From Octopus vulgaris (taxonomy: Eukaryota): 64,000 nt of DNA. Numbering within the stretch: position 1 is the stretch's first letter; the number at the start of each line of letters is the position of its first letter. Under the pieces are notes generated by a model. It was not told the origin of the DNA. It did not search any database and saw only the letters and a program-made list of their open reading frames with translations. This document shows, one piece after another, positions 39,645-54,851 of the stretch. The translations under genes and the position numbers were made by a program. The stretch is from the NCBI GenBank assembly GCA_951406725.2, contig OX597822.1:43090001-43154000 (forward strand), in the 5' to 3' direction.

Positions 39645-39859
39645 TAGAAATATGTTTTGAAAAAAAAAAAAATACACATGGAAGTGTAAGGGTAAAATAA
39701 GAAAAGTCAACGAAAATGCATATTGAAGGTATAAAAAGACTATTTATGATAGGTAGTGACAAAAATATACATTTAGAGTAATACGAGTCAAAAAGGTCAT
39801 TATTATTGATGATTATAAGAAGGTAATAATAATAATAATAATAATCAGGTAAGGGACTG

Positions 39860-40730
39860 AAACGAACCAATTGGTTTTCGCGTTAGCTGTTCATCGTTTG
39901 AATAACACCGGTTAGTAGACGGTGTCAGGTCTAATAGTTCCTGAGAGAAAAGATTATTTGTAAGGGAGGTAAGTAGTTCTGGATTATATGTATAAGGGAG
40001 GTAAGTAGTTTAGGAATTAGAAATGTGAGTGATGTAGAAAGTGAATAGAGTTTAGTGGTTTAAATTGAAGAGTTAGTAGTGTTCTGTATTGAGTTGTGTG
40101 TTCACATTTAGTTGGGGGAGAAATTTATTGATGAAAAATTACTCTTTATTCAACCTTTGTTGCATTGTGGTGTTCTGTGAGCATTGATAAAAGGGAAATA
40201 TTTGGAAGATGGAATTACGATTCCTGGCACATCTTTCTATGTGTTCACTCACCTTTAACTGTCTGTATTGTGGGTGGCGGATTTGCTCTTTGTGAATGGT
40301 GATTCTTTGACGGAGCGAAATTCCTGTTTGTCCAATATAGAGTTTACCGCATCCTATGCATGTCATGACATAGATTACATTTGCCGAGGCGCAGGTGAAA
40401 TTTGATTTGATCTTAAATATTTCTCCTTGTTTGAATTGAAATTCTGAACCCTCCAGAATGTGGGGGCATGTTCCACAGTTGGAACGTCCACATTTTCTCA
40501 CTTTTGGTTCAGTAGTTAGTGGGTAAAGTCTAGCGCTGGTTAGTATTCTTTTCAGTGACTTCGGTTGCTTTTTGCTTTTTATAATTTTACATGAGCTTAA
40601 AATTTCGTTCATTGTTTTGTCTGCTGTGAGGATGGAGAGGTTTTGGGTGATGATGTTGAAGGCTTCGTTATTTCTGGGGTTATGTGTGGAGATGTACGGG
40701 AGTATTTTTAAGTCTTGTTTAGTATTTCAG
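39860..40730 (-). mobile_element. Penelope-like element 3' part: linker, complete GIY-YIG domain and 3' UTR with degenerate HHR
   Basis: ORF 40139-40612: KCGRSNCGTC, NVIYVMTCIGCGKLYIGQTG, LRQRITIH, SEH, RLNKE; one premature stop. Confidence 0.9.
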
Positions 40731-41125
40731 TATACATCTAATTTAGGATAAAATGTTTTCGAAAAAAAAAAAAAAAAAAATATATAAAAAAATTAAAAAA
40801 TATATTAAAAAAATTGCGGTGCCCCAGCATGGCCACAGCTCATTAGCTGAAACTGGAAAAATCAAAATCAAAATCATATATATAGGCACAATGAGTTGCT
40901 ATTATCCATAGGCGGAAACAGCTGTAAGTGATTTTAATAATTTATATTCATGTTTTTTAATAACTACTTGTATTCTTATCTTATATGCATTGAATAATAT
41001 ACTATATGTATGTATGTTATTATGGTTGTCGTTTTGATAAATAAATAAGTCAACATTTTAATATCCTAAAGTTGATGAATCAACTAATGTGGTTCTCCAT
41101 TTTCTTATTTGCAATATATATATAT

Positions 41126-41161
<36 letters not shown>

Positions 41162-41244
41162 GTGGCAAATGAAAGATAGAAGATGGAATATATGAGAATT
41201 TATTATTAATCACGACAATTGTTTCGATATATGTAGCATATCTA

Positions 41245-41313
<69 letters not shown>

Positions 41314-41989
41314 CTCTCTCTCTATATATATATGCGTAAATACACGCACACACTTACGCACACCCGCACGTGCCTGTGTTTATATATATGTGCATAAATA
41401 CATACATGACTTATGCTGTAAAAGATGATTCAAGTTTTTAGTTCCTGCTTTTTGATTTTGGTCAACTGCACTAAGAACTTGCTTTTTATAAAATGTATTT
41501 TCGTTTGTTTGTTTTTCTTTCCTACCTGCCCTACGTAATTTATTTTCCCCATCACGTAAGATATTTTCAACACCGTGATTCCTTTTATAATGTTCAGCTA
41601 TGCTAAGTTGTTTTTTTAAACAATAATGTTTAATGTTTTCTGTGAATGCTAAGATACCATTGTAATGTTTTATAAATACTAAAGCTTTAACGGCAGGAAA
41701 AGGTTGCATAAATGTGTGTACCGAACGGGTTAAAAACAGAAATAAAATAACTCATTTGCTTAAGAGTATTTTTTTATTTTTATTTTCATCTTAAAATAAG
41801 TACAATAAAATATATCGTAGTTATTAGTCTCTCGCAAAATAGAACAAGCAATCTCATTGAAAAGTGCCGTAAAATATTTACTTTTGCATCCGGCGTGAGC
41901 ATAAATTCATTTGAGATTTCTGCATATTGTCGGTGATAAGTAAGTGAACATATAAATGGGGAAAAAATCGGTGCAATTCATTCTGTGCT

Positions 41990-42145
41990 ATCGTCATCAT
42001 CATCATCATCATCATCGCCATCATTACAATCATCATCATCAAAATCATCATAATTATCATCATCATCACCAACATCACCATTATCACCCCTCCACCATCA
42101 TCATCACCATCATCACTACCACTTCCACCACCACAATCATCCACT
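41990..42145. repeat. (CAT/CAC)n array
   Basis: Directly visible. Confidence 0.9.
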
Positions 42146-42220
42146 TGTTGGCGGTTAACACAAACACACAAGCACATACACGCACACATGCACACACACA
42201 CACGCACGCACACACACACG

Positions 42221-42266
<46 letters not shown>

Positions 42267-42267
42267 C

Positions 42268-42760
42268 CATGGGCTTTCAGTTTCCGTCTACCAAATCCAC
42301 TCACAAAATTTTTGGTTAGCCCGAGGCTATAACAAAAGACACTTGCCCAAGGTGCCACGCTTGTAGTTGGGAAGCAAGCTTCTTACCACACAGACATGTA
42401 TGTATGCGTACATACATACTAGCATTCATTGTAGAATAATAATGTATATACACAGTTCATAGGCCTTGGTATAAATATTTCAAGTCTGATATTCATACTA
42501 CAGGCCTTTTTCACTGAACTGTTATGTAATGAGGATATAAACAAACCAGCATCGGTTGTCAAGTGTTTGGAGCGTGACAAACACAGACTCAAACACACAC
42601 ATATAAGTATATATACGACTGGATTCCACACAGTTTCCGGCAACCAAATACACTCACAAAGCATTGGCCAGACGTCACTCGTCCAACGTGTGAGTCAGTG
42701 GCACTGCAACCAAATTTGTGTGATTCCAAAGTGAGTTTCTAAATCACCCAGCCATGCCTT
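42268..42760 (-). mobile_element. Two degenerate SINE family C fragments
   Basis: ctttcagtttccgtctaccaaatccactcacaa and cagcatcggttgtcaag motifs. Confidence 0.65.
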
Positions 42761-42964
42761 CGGTAACCAGCCATTCGGTAACGTAACTCAGATATCGCCT
42801 TGCTATACGTAATTGCTACCTTTATGCTTTGAGTTCAAATGCTGCCGATGCATTTTTTTTACATTAACTTATTCTGCAATCAATAAAATAGTAAATTATG
42901 TATCAAGGATCGATTTTCTCTACTGCTTATCCTCCAAATTGTAAAACTTTCTGCTTATGATATA

Positions 42965-45900
42965 AACCACCACCAGTATTTTGCGTAGGATATGGGCAGT
43001 TCTCATGAGCACTATTTTTTTAATTTCTACCATTTTGGGGTTTCTTGGTATCTGAGTTAGGTAGCAATCCGCCCCTATTTCGACGATGCCTTCAGGTTTG
43101 TGATCGTACCAACTTTTTGCGACTGTCAAGTCCATACTTGTTGCAGAATGTCCAATGGACACACCTGGCTATATTGTCATGGCGTCTCTTATATTCCTTC
43201 TGGGCTAGTAGCCTACATTGGCTTGTAATATGCCATACGGTTTCACGTTTTGTCCACAGATTCTGCACTTATCACTTTCTGCTATGTTGTCTATTCTGTA
43301 TTTTATGTAATGTATTCTTAGTGCTTGCTCTTGGGCAGCACAGATTAGAGCCTCATTTCCGGTTTTAAATCACTTTTAGTCATCCACAGACATCTTTTTT
43401 CTCTGTCTGTCTTATCTTCATCATCCCTATGAAATTGTCCATGCATTATTTTCTTTACCCACCTATTCTTAGTTTCATTCGTTTTCAATTTCTTGTATTG
43501 TACTTTATCTTTGCAATCTTTCATCCTACACAAGCCTGATCTTCTTACTCCTAATAATAGCAGTTCTGTGACATTTTACATATCATACTATGTTGTTTTC
43601 TTCTCCACTAATGCTATGTTCGCATCCAATAACTCCTCTTCCCCTCCTTTTCTTAGTTCATACAGTCTGTCTGTGTCACTTTTTGGGTGGAGTGACCCAT
43701 ATCTAGTTAGCAACTTCCTTGTCTTTCTGTCTAAGGTGTTTAGTTCATCTAATCTCCATGCGATTACCCTTGCTCCATATCTAAGTAGTGAAACCGCATT
43801 GGTGTTGATAGCTTCGATCTTATTCCGTCCATTTAAATTTTTCTGTTATTTCTTTCTCCATCAATTTATCCATTTCCAGTATCCTCAAGTACTTTTAGCC
43901 CGTCTCTTCTATCTGCTTCATAACCTCCCCCGACGGTATCGTTAGCCCGTCCATACATCTGATTTGGCCTCTCTTCAAGACTAACACACCTCACTTTCTC
44001 TGTCTGAACTCCATTCAGGACTGAAGGTATACACCGTATCAACGACGGAACTGACTTGGGCTTCATCTTTACCATAAAGTTTGAGATCATCCATGAATAT
44101 CAAATGGTTGACTTTTTGCTGGCGGCTTTTGAATACATACCCAGCTTTTGCTTTCCTCAGAATCAGTGTTAGTGGTATCAAGCACAGTACAAAGAAAATG
44201 GCCCTCCTAATTTCTACTGTCCCTAAACTTCTTCCGTATGCTGTTAAGTCTGTCCTCCAATTCGCCATACTTTTTCCAAGCAATTGCTCAACATTCGATG
44301 CAATCCCAAACACTTCATACACTCCATAATCCAAGAATGTGGGATCATATCGTACGCCTTACGATAGTCGATCCATGACATGGCTAAGTGAATTTTCCTC
44401 CTCTTGCAGTCTCTAAGTACAGTTTTGTCTATCAGGAGTTGATCCTTGGAACCTCTGCACTTACGCTTACAACCCTTCTGTTCATGTGACAGGACTCCAT
44501 TTTGTCCAGATATTCGACATTGACTCCAGTCAATAACTTCCACATAAGTGGCAAACAGGATATCAGCCTGTAATTGTCTACAGTATTGCCTTTTTCGATG
44601 TATTTCAGGCACAGCACTGTCCTACCCAGTGTCAACCACTCTAGTGTTCCTTGGTCGGTATTTAACAAGGTGTTGAGTTGCGCAGCTATTCGTGCATTAC
44701 ATTCACGAAATCTTTTGATCCAGTAGCCTTAAACTCCATCTGGTCCCGGGGCCTTTCAGTTGCTCATTGTTTTTCTGATTTGCTTCACGTCCTTAACTGA
44801 AATTACTGGTTCTACCTGTTTTGGACAGACTATTGTTTGTTTCAGTTCAGACTATTGTTTGTTTCAGCATCCTTCTTGTGTTCCTTGTCTTTGCTCCAGA
44901 TGTCACTCCAAAACCTTTGACTTTCAATGTTATCTGGTATCAACTTCTCATCTGTACCCTCTCCGTTTATTTCTTTATAGAATCTCTTCTGATCTACTCT
45001 GAATGACCTATTCTGGTGGTAACCCTTCATTCTTTGGTCGTATCTTACCATCTTTGCTTTCTTTGCAACGAGGCACTGTTTCAGTTCCTCCACTACTACT
45101 TTCAGGCCATTTCTTTCAATATTATACTTCCTTTTCAGCGCCCTGTATTTTTGTTTGCTTTTAAGCTCCCATTTCGCTTTTCTGTCTAATACAGAGATTT
45201 CCATCGAGAGCGTGTCTAACCCTACCTGGATTCTTCTTTTCCACCATGGATCTTTTCTTTTGTCACTCCCATTATGTTTCTTTTTCTTGACATCAAAACC
45301 CACGTTTTCTGCTACAACAATACTTGCTGCCTTGATCAAATTATTTATTTCTGTGATGTTGTTCTGATGTATTTCAGAAGTTCATTGACATTTTTGGTTT
45401 CTTGGTTCAATTTCCATCGATCAACCTTTTTTAAGGTTGCGAATAACGTCCGTATCGTTCTCCTGTAGTCTTACCTTTATTCTGTCGTAGATTGCCTTTT
45501 GTTCATCTGTTATGTCACCATTAGTTTTATTGTCTTCTTTTAGATCATCTATATGTCTCTCATCTAGTAAACTACCACTGCTCCTTTCCTGTGCTATGGG
45601 ATTACACTTATTAGTAAGAACTCTATTTTTCGTTGTTATCTTTGCTGCTATTTTCTATGACCCGTCTTTTAATAGTTTCGAGCTCTACTTCTGTGAACAC
45701 TTTTTCCTTATTGCTCTAGCTTGATCATATAGTCTCTGTTCCGTGAGTTGAAACAATCCCTTTTCTCTCCAATGATCTTACATACGTTGTCGGTAACCCC
45801 TAATTTGAGAACCATTTTCATCTACCGGGCTGCTCAGGTAGTAACACTCCATGACCACAGCATTGATTTGCTTGTTCCATCTACGTCGTGTGTGGTGGTT

Positions 45901-46270
45901 CCTTTCTGGATATCGACAGGCTGGAGCCGGACCAGAATCTCTGAGCCTACCGGGTGTAACACTGTCACCATCATTGGCTTCAGTTTCATTACCACCGTTA
46001 TTCAGAATATTTTGTTTTTTCATTATCACTCATATGAGGTAGCGATTATGAGGTTGCACAATTACCAGTGTTTTATTGTGACAACATCATATTCTACAGG
46101 TCTTTAACTAGATTCGGCAGATGGTGGGGAGGTCAGCCATAGAGACAAAATACTCTTCGCACACTTTAGGTCAGTAGAGGTCAAATGTGTTTACTACTAC
46201 CAGTGGATACTGGAAGCGCTGCCTTGAAAAGAAGCGATTCAACCGGTTCTATTTGTAATTACTGGTAGAA
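42965..46270 (-). mobile_element. Near full-length, decayed R4/Dong-clade (RLE-type) non-LTR retrotransposon
   Basis: RRRWNK..VMECYY..GYRQRM N-terminus, [57 protein letters not shown]...H...C, RRHD; many frameshifts; 5' boundary uncertain. Confidence 0.88.
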
Positions 46271-46308
46271 AAAACAATAATATAATAATAATAATAATAA
46301 TAATAATG

Positions 46309-46343
<35 letters not shown>

Positions 46344-46884
46344 CACACACACATACACACACACATATATATATACACACACACACACACGCATATATTC
46401 TGATATTCACGTCGTTGAAATTTTGAATTTCTGAATTCAATTGTGTTATTGCAATAAAAAGTGTGTTTACGTATTAGGGTAATGTATTCAAGTTTTCAAG
46501 TTTTCTTGAGATGTTCGTTTGTCTGTCCAGTTGGAGAATACAGTAGGACTTTTGCAATGAAAAGGATGTTTACATTTTTGAATACTCAGGGAGAGTCAAA
46601 AAGAAAAAAAAACAAGTTGTAGTAGTAAAGTTTTAAGAGTAACTAAATATGGTCTTTTGTATGACTGCACAGAGAGAGATGGTAGTGTTCTTTAAATAAA
46701 AAGGAGGAAGATGTTTACATTTTCGAATATTCAGGGACAGAGGAAAGGATAAGTCGTCACACATTAGTTGTAGATATTAAAGCTGATCGTTTGTGTATTC
46801 GAAAGCTGTAGGTAAGTTTCCTAACTCCTTTTATTTTGAGGGAGATTTAAAAATAAAAATTATTATTACTACTACTACTACTAC

Positions 46885-46956
<72 letters not shown>

Positions 46957-47210
46957 GTGTTGGACGTTTTTTCAATATTGAGAATCTAATTAATATTTCT
47001 CATCCCCTATGGTAATAGGTCAGGAATTGTATATGATATAATTAGTTTATTAAATTCTAAATTCTGTCAACCGACAATTTTTGGAGCCGTCTAGATCGCG
47101 ATTTATATATATTACACCTACATACATATAGGCAAATACATATAGATTACATATATATTTATGATAGGTAAATATATATATGTGTGTGTATATATATATA
47201 GTTATACATA

Positions 47211-47311
<101 letters not shown>

Positions 47312-47553
47312 GTGTATTCTCGCTGTCTCGATGTGTTACTATCTATTGATAACGGAAGAAATTAGTCAGAAGTTGGGCAAATACTGTTATTTATTATTAT
47401 TACGTCTTCGTGCTTTATTTTCAGTCGCTGTAAATTATGGAAGAGCATCTTTGATAATTTCTAACAGTATTCTTTCTTTATTAATATATAAAACATGTAC
47501 ATCATCAGAAACATTCTCTACACACAAACAAACATGAAAACTACATAAAGTTT

Positions 47554-47638
<85 letters not shown>

Positions 47639-48000
47639 CACACTCACACACACAAGTATACAGATACACGTATTCATATATACGTACAAATAGATGCCGA
47701 TATTCACTTATTCAGATATTGCGATGTACAAGCTTATGCATACACATAATTACACGATCAAATGTGAAATAAAAACACAGGTATAAACATACTAACTTAA
47801 GAGTGCTAGTCGCCTAGTTTTATACAAATTCATAAAGTTTTTAAGGAATAATTATAATGAATAATAATAATATAATGAATAATAATATAATGAATAATAA
47901 TATAATAATTATAATGAATAATAATAAGTCGTTCGTATGTATTTTCTCAAACGTTTTTCTCGTGGAGATGTGCGTATGTGTAGGTGTATATATGTATGTG

Positions 48001-48378
48001 TGGAGGCGCAATGGCCCAGTGGTTAGGGCAGCAGATTTGTGGTCATAGGATCGCGGTTTCGATTCACAGACCGGGCGTTGTGAGTGTTTATTGAGCGAAA
48101 ACACTTAAAGCTACACGAGCCTCCGACAGGGGGCGGTGGAGAACTCTGCTGTACTCATACACCATAACTTTCTCTCACTCTTTCTCCCTGTTTCCTTTGT
48201 ACCTGTATTTCAAAGGGCCAGCCTTGTCACACACTGTCACAGTGAATCTCCCTGAGAACTGCGTTAAGGGTACACGTGTCTGTGGAGTGCTCAGCCACTT
48301 GCAATTTAATTTCACGAGCAGGCTGCTCCGTTGATCGGACCAACTGGAACCTTCGTCGTCGTAACCGACGGAGTACCG
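48001..48378 (+). mobile_element. tRNA-derived SINE family A head with alternative tail
   Basis: Head matches the 37712-38015 copy; tail matches 25780-25952. Confidence 0.8.
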
Positions 48379-48544
48379 TAGTAATATATGTATATGTAAG
48401 TGTATATATATATATATATGCATCTGTACATACATACATACATACATACATACATACATACATACATACATACATACATACATACATACATACATACATA
48501 CATACATACACGTGTATACACTCACACATTTATTTATGTACACA

Positions 48545-49003
48545 TACAAGGTCTGATTTTAAAAAGTTTCACACTGTTGCTATGGTAAGAGAATTAAAGT
48601 ACGCCGGGTGAAGCCGCTTGGTACAGATTGACATTGCAGTCAATCGCGCATGCGCAATTAGTTATAGCATTCTCGCTCTTTATAGCAATGCTTGGAAGTA
48701 AAGTGTGTTGAGTGTGGTCGTCTGAAAAAGATCGGGTTATAGCTGTACAGTATCTCCTTCTGTCGAGGTAGACGAAAACATTTTGAAAATGGTTATAACA
48801 GATAACGAATAGTGGATCTATGGCTACGACTCCAAAACCAATGTCTAGAACGATCAAGATTCCAAAACATCGAGGAAACTCGAGAATCAGATGATTGTTA
48901 TCCACACCCCAACAAAAAGGGAGTTCCAGGAATGTTTCCGTCAATGGACACGACACTGGATAAAGTGCGTGGCTTCAGAAGGAAACTGTTTAGAAGAAGA
49001 TTA
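48545..49003 (+). mobile_element. Internally deleted mariner relic
   Basis: VITDNE*WIYGYD and FQECFRQWTRHWIKCVASEGNCLE motifs; TA-CAAGGTCTG start. Confidence 0.65.
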
Positions 49004-49425
49004 GATACCAAATTGATACGTGGACGCGATGCCAATTCTAAGTGCCTCTTCTAATTTCTTAACTAGGTCTCCCTCTATTCTATTTCGGTCTAGTGCTAGG
49101 GCCTTACTGTACCTAACCGATTCTGCTTTAATTGCTTTCTTTAGGACATAACACCATCTGTTGTTGACGGTGGCACGCGTCAGTGCTCTCTTAAATAATG
49201 TGCTAATCCGCTCCCTGTAAGCCTGGCGTGCCGTGAACGACGCGTTCAGCTTCCAGTAACCGGGACCCTGTCTATGTCTCATCTAAGTCAAGTGTACAAA
49301 TCACAAATTTGTAGTCTGTGTAGCTGACTATGTGAAAATGTGGACAACCTACACTCTCCTTATCCACTGTCCTACATAATACTCTATATATGATCTGGAT
49401 GACCCGATGCGGCTGCTCCAAGTGT
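49004..49425 (-). mobile_element. Tx1-like LINE fragment (end of endonuclease domain)
   Basis: VSYTDYKFV (SDH-like), then GPGYWKLNAS...RWCYVLKKAIK. Confidence 0.75.
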
Positions 49426-49435
49426 TTATTACCTC

Positions 49436-50215
<780 letters not shown>

Positions 50216-50233
50216 TATCTGTCTGTCTGCCTA

Positions 50234-50344
<111 letters not shown>

Positions 50345-50381
50345 GTCTGTCTGTCTATCTGTCTGTCTGTCTGTCTGACTG

Positions 50382-50472
<91 letters not shown>

Positions 50473-51491
50473 GTCTGTCTATCTTTACAACAGCATATAT
50501 ATTTCGATATATTGTTAACTGGATATTCAGTACTCCCTAACATATCAGCTGGCACTATTTAAAAGTTAATATACTGATTACGATACACAAACCATAACTT
50601 ACGTGGTCTTACGATTTTCAGAAAGGATAGTCGAGAAAATTGATCACAGTACTTAGCTTGTCCATAATTTAACGATCAGGTGATGGACAAAACCAAAGCC
50701 CATATTAGTGGGATATAATTTGGGAATATAACAGGTTGCAATTAAATATCTTACAACATTTAGTCTAGAGTACTATCAATCCATAAATCTCCATTAAGAC
50801 CGCCATAACTAACTCATCTTTAAATAAACAGATTCACATTTAAACCACGTATCTATCGGCTTAATCTTCGATCATAAAAATGCTTTTAATCATAGATACG
50901 GTCATTTGATACACTTGACTGAAGTTGTTATCTTTATTTCTTAATTAAGAGTAATAATTTTTGTGTCACAAGAAACCTGAAGTACAAGTTAAGGGAACAA
51001 GACAGTTGGGCAACAGAAATGATGCTTTACTAAATAACAAAATGGCTGTAGATGTAGCTGTGTCGTTCACAACTTCACTTCTCAACTACATGGTTTCGAG
51101 TTTGATCAAGCTCAGCTGCATTATACGCAAATATTTAGTATTCTAGCATGTGGTTGACCACAGCTTCGTCTGTGTAATTTGGCAGATGGAAACTGGAGAA
51201 TCAATAGAAGTGACTGTTCTTGTTCTTGGTTCTAAACTTAAAACGTCACTCGTCACCTGGTTTAATGCCATCGTCTGACATGTATTTTTTGTTTAAAATT
51301 CAGTAAAAATAGTAGTTGTCAGTGGGGCCCCAATTAGATGGCCCTTTAAAAAAATAGACCCTCCTTACGACATTCCTTGGGATTAGGGGAGTTGCTGGTT
51401 TGAGTTTCGTTGTCCTTGCACCAACGGTCTTGGAGGAGTTAATGAACATAAAAATGAAATGGACAGAGAAGCATCACTCAAATTTATAATA

Positions 51492-51822
<331 letters not shown>

Positions 51823-52602
51823 ATGAATTTTAAATGCTTGATATAATTTTGTGAACATAAATAATTGCTGTTAATGATAATTTGATCTCATAGAGTTAAT
51901 TACCAAATAATTAATTACGGTAGTCTGTAACACATAAATTATTAAAGTTCACTTACTGCTTCTTAGAATTAAATCTTTGGACAAAATTCAATATTTATTA
52001 TATATTTAAAGTACTCGACAAAATACTTGAATACTCGACAAAATAAATGTACAAAATTGTTGTACTTTGGAAGGATCATAGTGCCAACAGAGGCAGACGC
52101 ACTGGTTGTAATTCACTTCGGTGTTATTATCAACAAATTTTGCAATTATTTAATTAATTAGGAAATAGATAAGCTAATTGAATAATTGGTCTTTCATCAC
52201 ATTCTCCTCTTTCATCATCTCCGTATTATCAGACACAGAGTGCAGAATAGGTGTAAGAAGATCGAGCCATCACTTGATAAGGTCATACACTGTGCCGAAA
52301 GAACTTCGACAAACCAATTAGTTAATTGATTAATTAATTAACTAATTAGTTAATTGATAATCAAATAAGTTAATTACAACCACTGTGTGTGTGTGTGTGC
52401 GTGTGTGTGTTATATTGGCAGAATAGTCTTCTTAAAAGTACAAGAATTTTAATTTCAAGTCGCGATTTCACATTAAGAATCTAAGAAAACAGATGCAAAA
52501 TTTGAATTTCCAAAATGATTTTTTATGAAATATGCTTTGATATAGGTTGTTATAATAAAAAGTCATTTCCATAAACAGTCGTTTCAATAAAAAGTCGTTA
52601 TA

Positions 52603-52742
52603 TAGGCGCAGGCGTGACAGTGTGGTAAATTCTGGGTTCAATCCCACTGCGTGACACCTTGGGCAAGTGTCTTCCACTATAGCCACGGGCTGACCAAAGC
52701 CTTGTGAGTGGATTTGGTAGACGGAAACTTAAAGAAGCTCTC

Positions 52743-52830
<88 letters not shown>

Positions 52831-53012
52831 GTGTGGGTGTCTGTGTCTGTGTTTGCCTCCCCCGCCATCACTTGAAAACGGAGGCTGGTGCGTTTATGAC
52901 CCTGTAACTTAGCGGTTTGGCAAAAGAGACCGATAGAAAAAATACTGGAGTTACAATGAATAAGTTCTGGGATCGATTTGTTCAATTAAAGGCGGTGCTG
53001 AAAGAAGTAAAA
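52603..53012 (+). mobile_element. SINE family C, near full length, with internal (TA)n
   Basis: Head and tail motifs as in 27300-27742. Confidence 0.85.
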
Positions 53013-53687
53013 GAATGTAAACAATATGAAAAGTTGATCCACGAGTCTGCGAGAATGGCGGGGCAATGGAAGAATACTGCGAAAGAGGAATGGTATTAGA
53101 ATGGTGTTGTTTTAGCGTTCTGGGATGTACTAGAGTCAAGACTGAGAAAGTTTGATGCTGCCTTGAAGATGATGGGTGTATCTTTGGATGTAGTAACGTT
53201 TGGGTTTTGAATAGACTGAACTGAGGCGATAGCATTCATGAAATGATGACACGGTGGTGTTGTGGATGTGTCGAGAACCTGTGAGAAGAATGATGGTGGT
53301 TTCTTGTTGTTCAAGAAATACGGTTCTGCAATCTCTTTCTGAAAAATCTGCACAAATGATTTGCTTATAGTTATCAAATGTATGTGTGGTGCATTAGCTC
53401 ACCCTCTTCCATCAATTCCACCTTGCCAGAACAGGTGCATGGTGTACCACAGGTCAGGTGTCGAAGTAATCGCAGAGCAACGTGGAGTGAAGTGTTTAGC
53501 TCCAGAACACAACGCACCTCTTCTCGCGGCAGTGAATGCATTCGACAATGCATTAGACAATGCGTTCTCACGTGAGAGCAATAGTGAGGTTATAATATCA
53601 TTATGTTGAGGAAACATCAGTAATAAAGCGAAAGCGAAAAATAACGATAAACCAGCGAATAATTGTAGGAAGTGTATAATATTATAC

Positions 53688-53796
53688 ACTAATAATATTT
53701 AATCCATAATCGTCAGTCCGACAAAATATATTCTGTTTTACATTCATTGAGTATATATTTTGTCGGAGTAACGATCATGGATTAAATATTTATAGT
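53688..53796. repeat. ~110 bp hairpin (MITE-like)
   Basis: aatatttaatccataatcgt...tccgacaaaatata / tatattttgtcgga...acgatcatggattaaatatt. Confidence 0.8.
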
Positions 53797-54127
53797 CACT
53801 CTCAGACTAATCTTTGAGTACTTTGTTCCAAGTTACAGAAGATAGATTCTTTTTGGACTTGTTGCCACCTGGAATAATAATTTTATACACTTTATACACT
53901 TTTATATCGTAATGAAGTTATAACGAGTGTTATTAAACGTTTCGAACAGTAGTTCTTCGTCATCAGGAAAGAGACAAAAGAAAGGTTTTCGGAAGTAAGG
54001 AAACTACGTGCATTTGGGTCGTGTGTTCTATTTTAGGATTGGGCGTGTAGTGTGTGGTATCTGTCATAAAGACACAGACACACACACGTACATACATACA
54101 TACATACATACATACATACATACATAA

Positions 54128-54184
<57 letters not shown>

Positions 54185-54279
54185 GGTGCAGGAGTCACCA
54201 ACTGTACAAACGACATGAAATACGTAAACAACGAGGGTAAAAATGGAAAACAGGACATGTAAACACAGAGAAAGGACCC

Positions 54280-54335
<56 letters not shown>

Positions 54336-54339
54336 AAAG

Positions 54340-54482
54340 GCTTCTTTTTAGTTTCTGTCTACCAAATCCACTCACAAAGCTTTGGTCGGCCCGACATATG
54401 GTCAAGGTGCCACGCAGCCGGACTGAACCCAGACCCTGTGGTTGGGAAGCAAACTTGGTACCACACAGCCACACCTGCGCCT
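54340..54482 (-). mobile_element. SINE family C 5' half
   Basis: ctaccaaatccactcacaaagctttggtcggcc...ccacacagccacacctgcgcct. Confidence 0.75.
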
Positions 54483-54851
54483 GATGGTCATAGTGGTGGT
54501 GGTTATAATAATAGTGATCTGACTTTTGAGGGTGGCGGTGGTGGTGGTGGTGTTGCTTACACAGGTGATAATTTGAGCATTAAGGCATGTCCCTGTTATT
54601 GTTGTTGTTGTTGCTGCTGCTGCTGGTGTTGTTGTTCCTTTGTAAATTACAGATGAAAGAGGTTACGCAACAAACATGAACTAAGTAACGTAGCAGTGGT
54701 GGCAGGTGGGAGAGTGAAGGAGGCTAGCTATAAAGATGGCGGCGGTGGAGGTAGTGTTGTTGGTGTTGGTGGTGTGGGAACAGAGTATTAATTATTTGTA
54801 ATTATAACCGTTGGTGGAAAGTGGAAGGATGGGGGGAGGGGTGAAGTGGGC

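Noticed and set aside
46030-46270. Possible HDV-like ribozyme at the 5' end of the R4 element
   Set aside because: A CGAA/ctcc-like segment is present, but I could not build the nested double pseudoknot by eye
53020-53377. Unique-looking minus-strand ORFs
   Set aside because: No clear motif; possibly a very old LINE 3' end but not supportable
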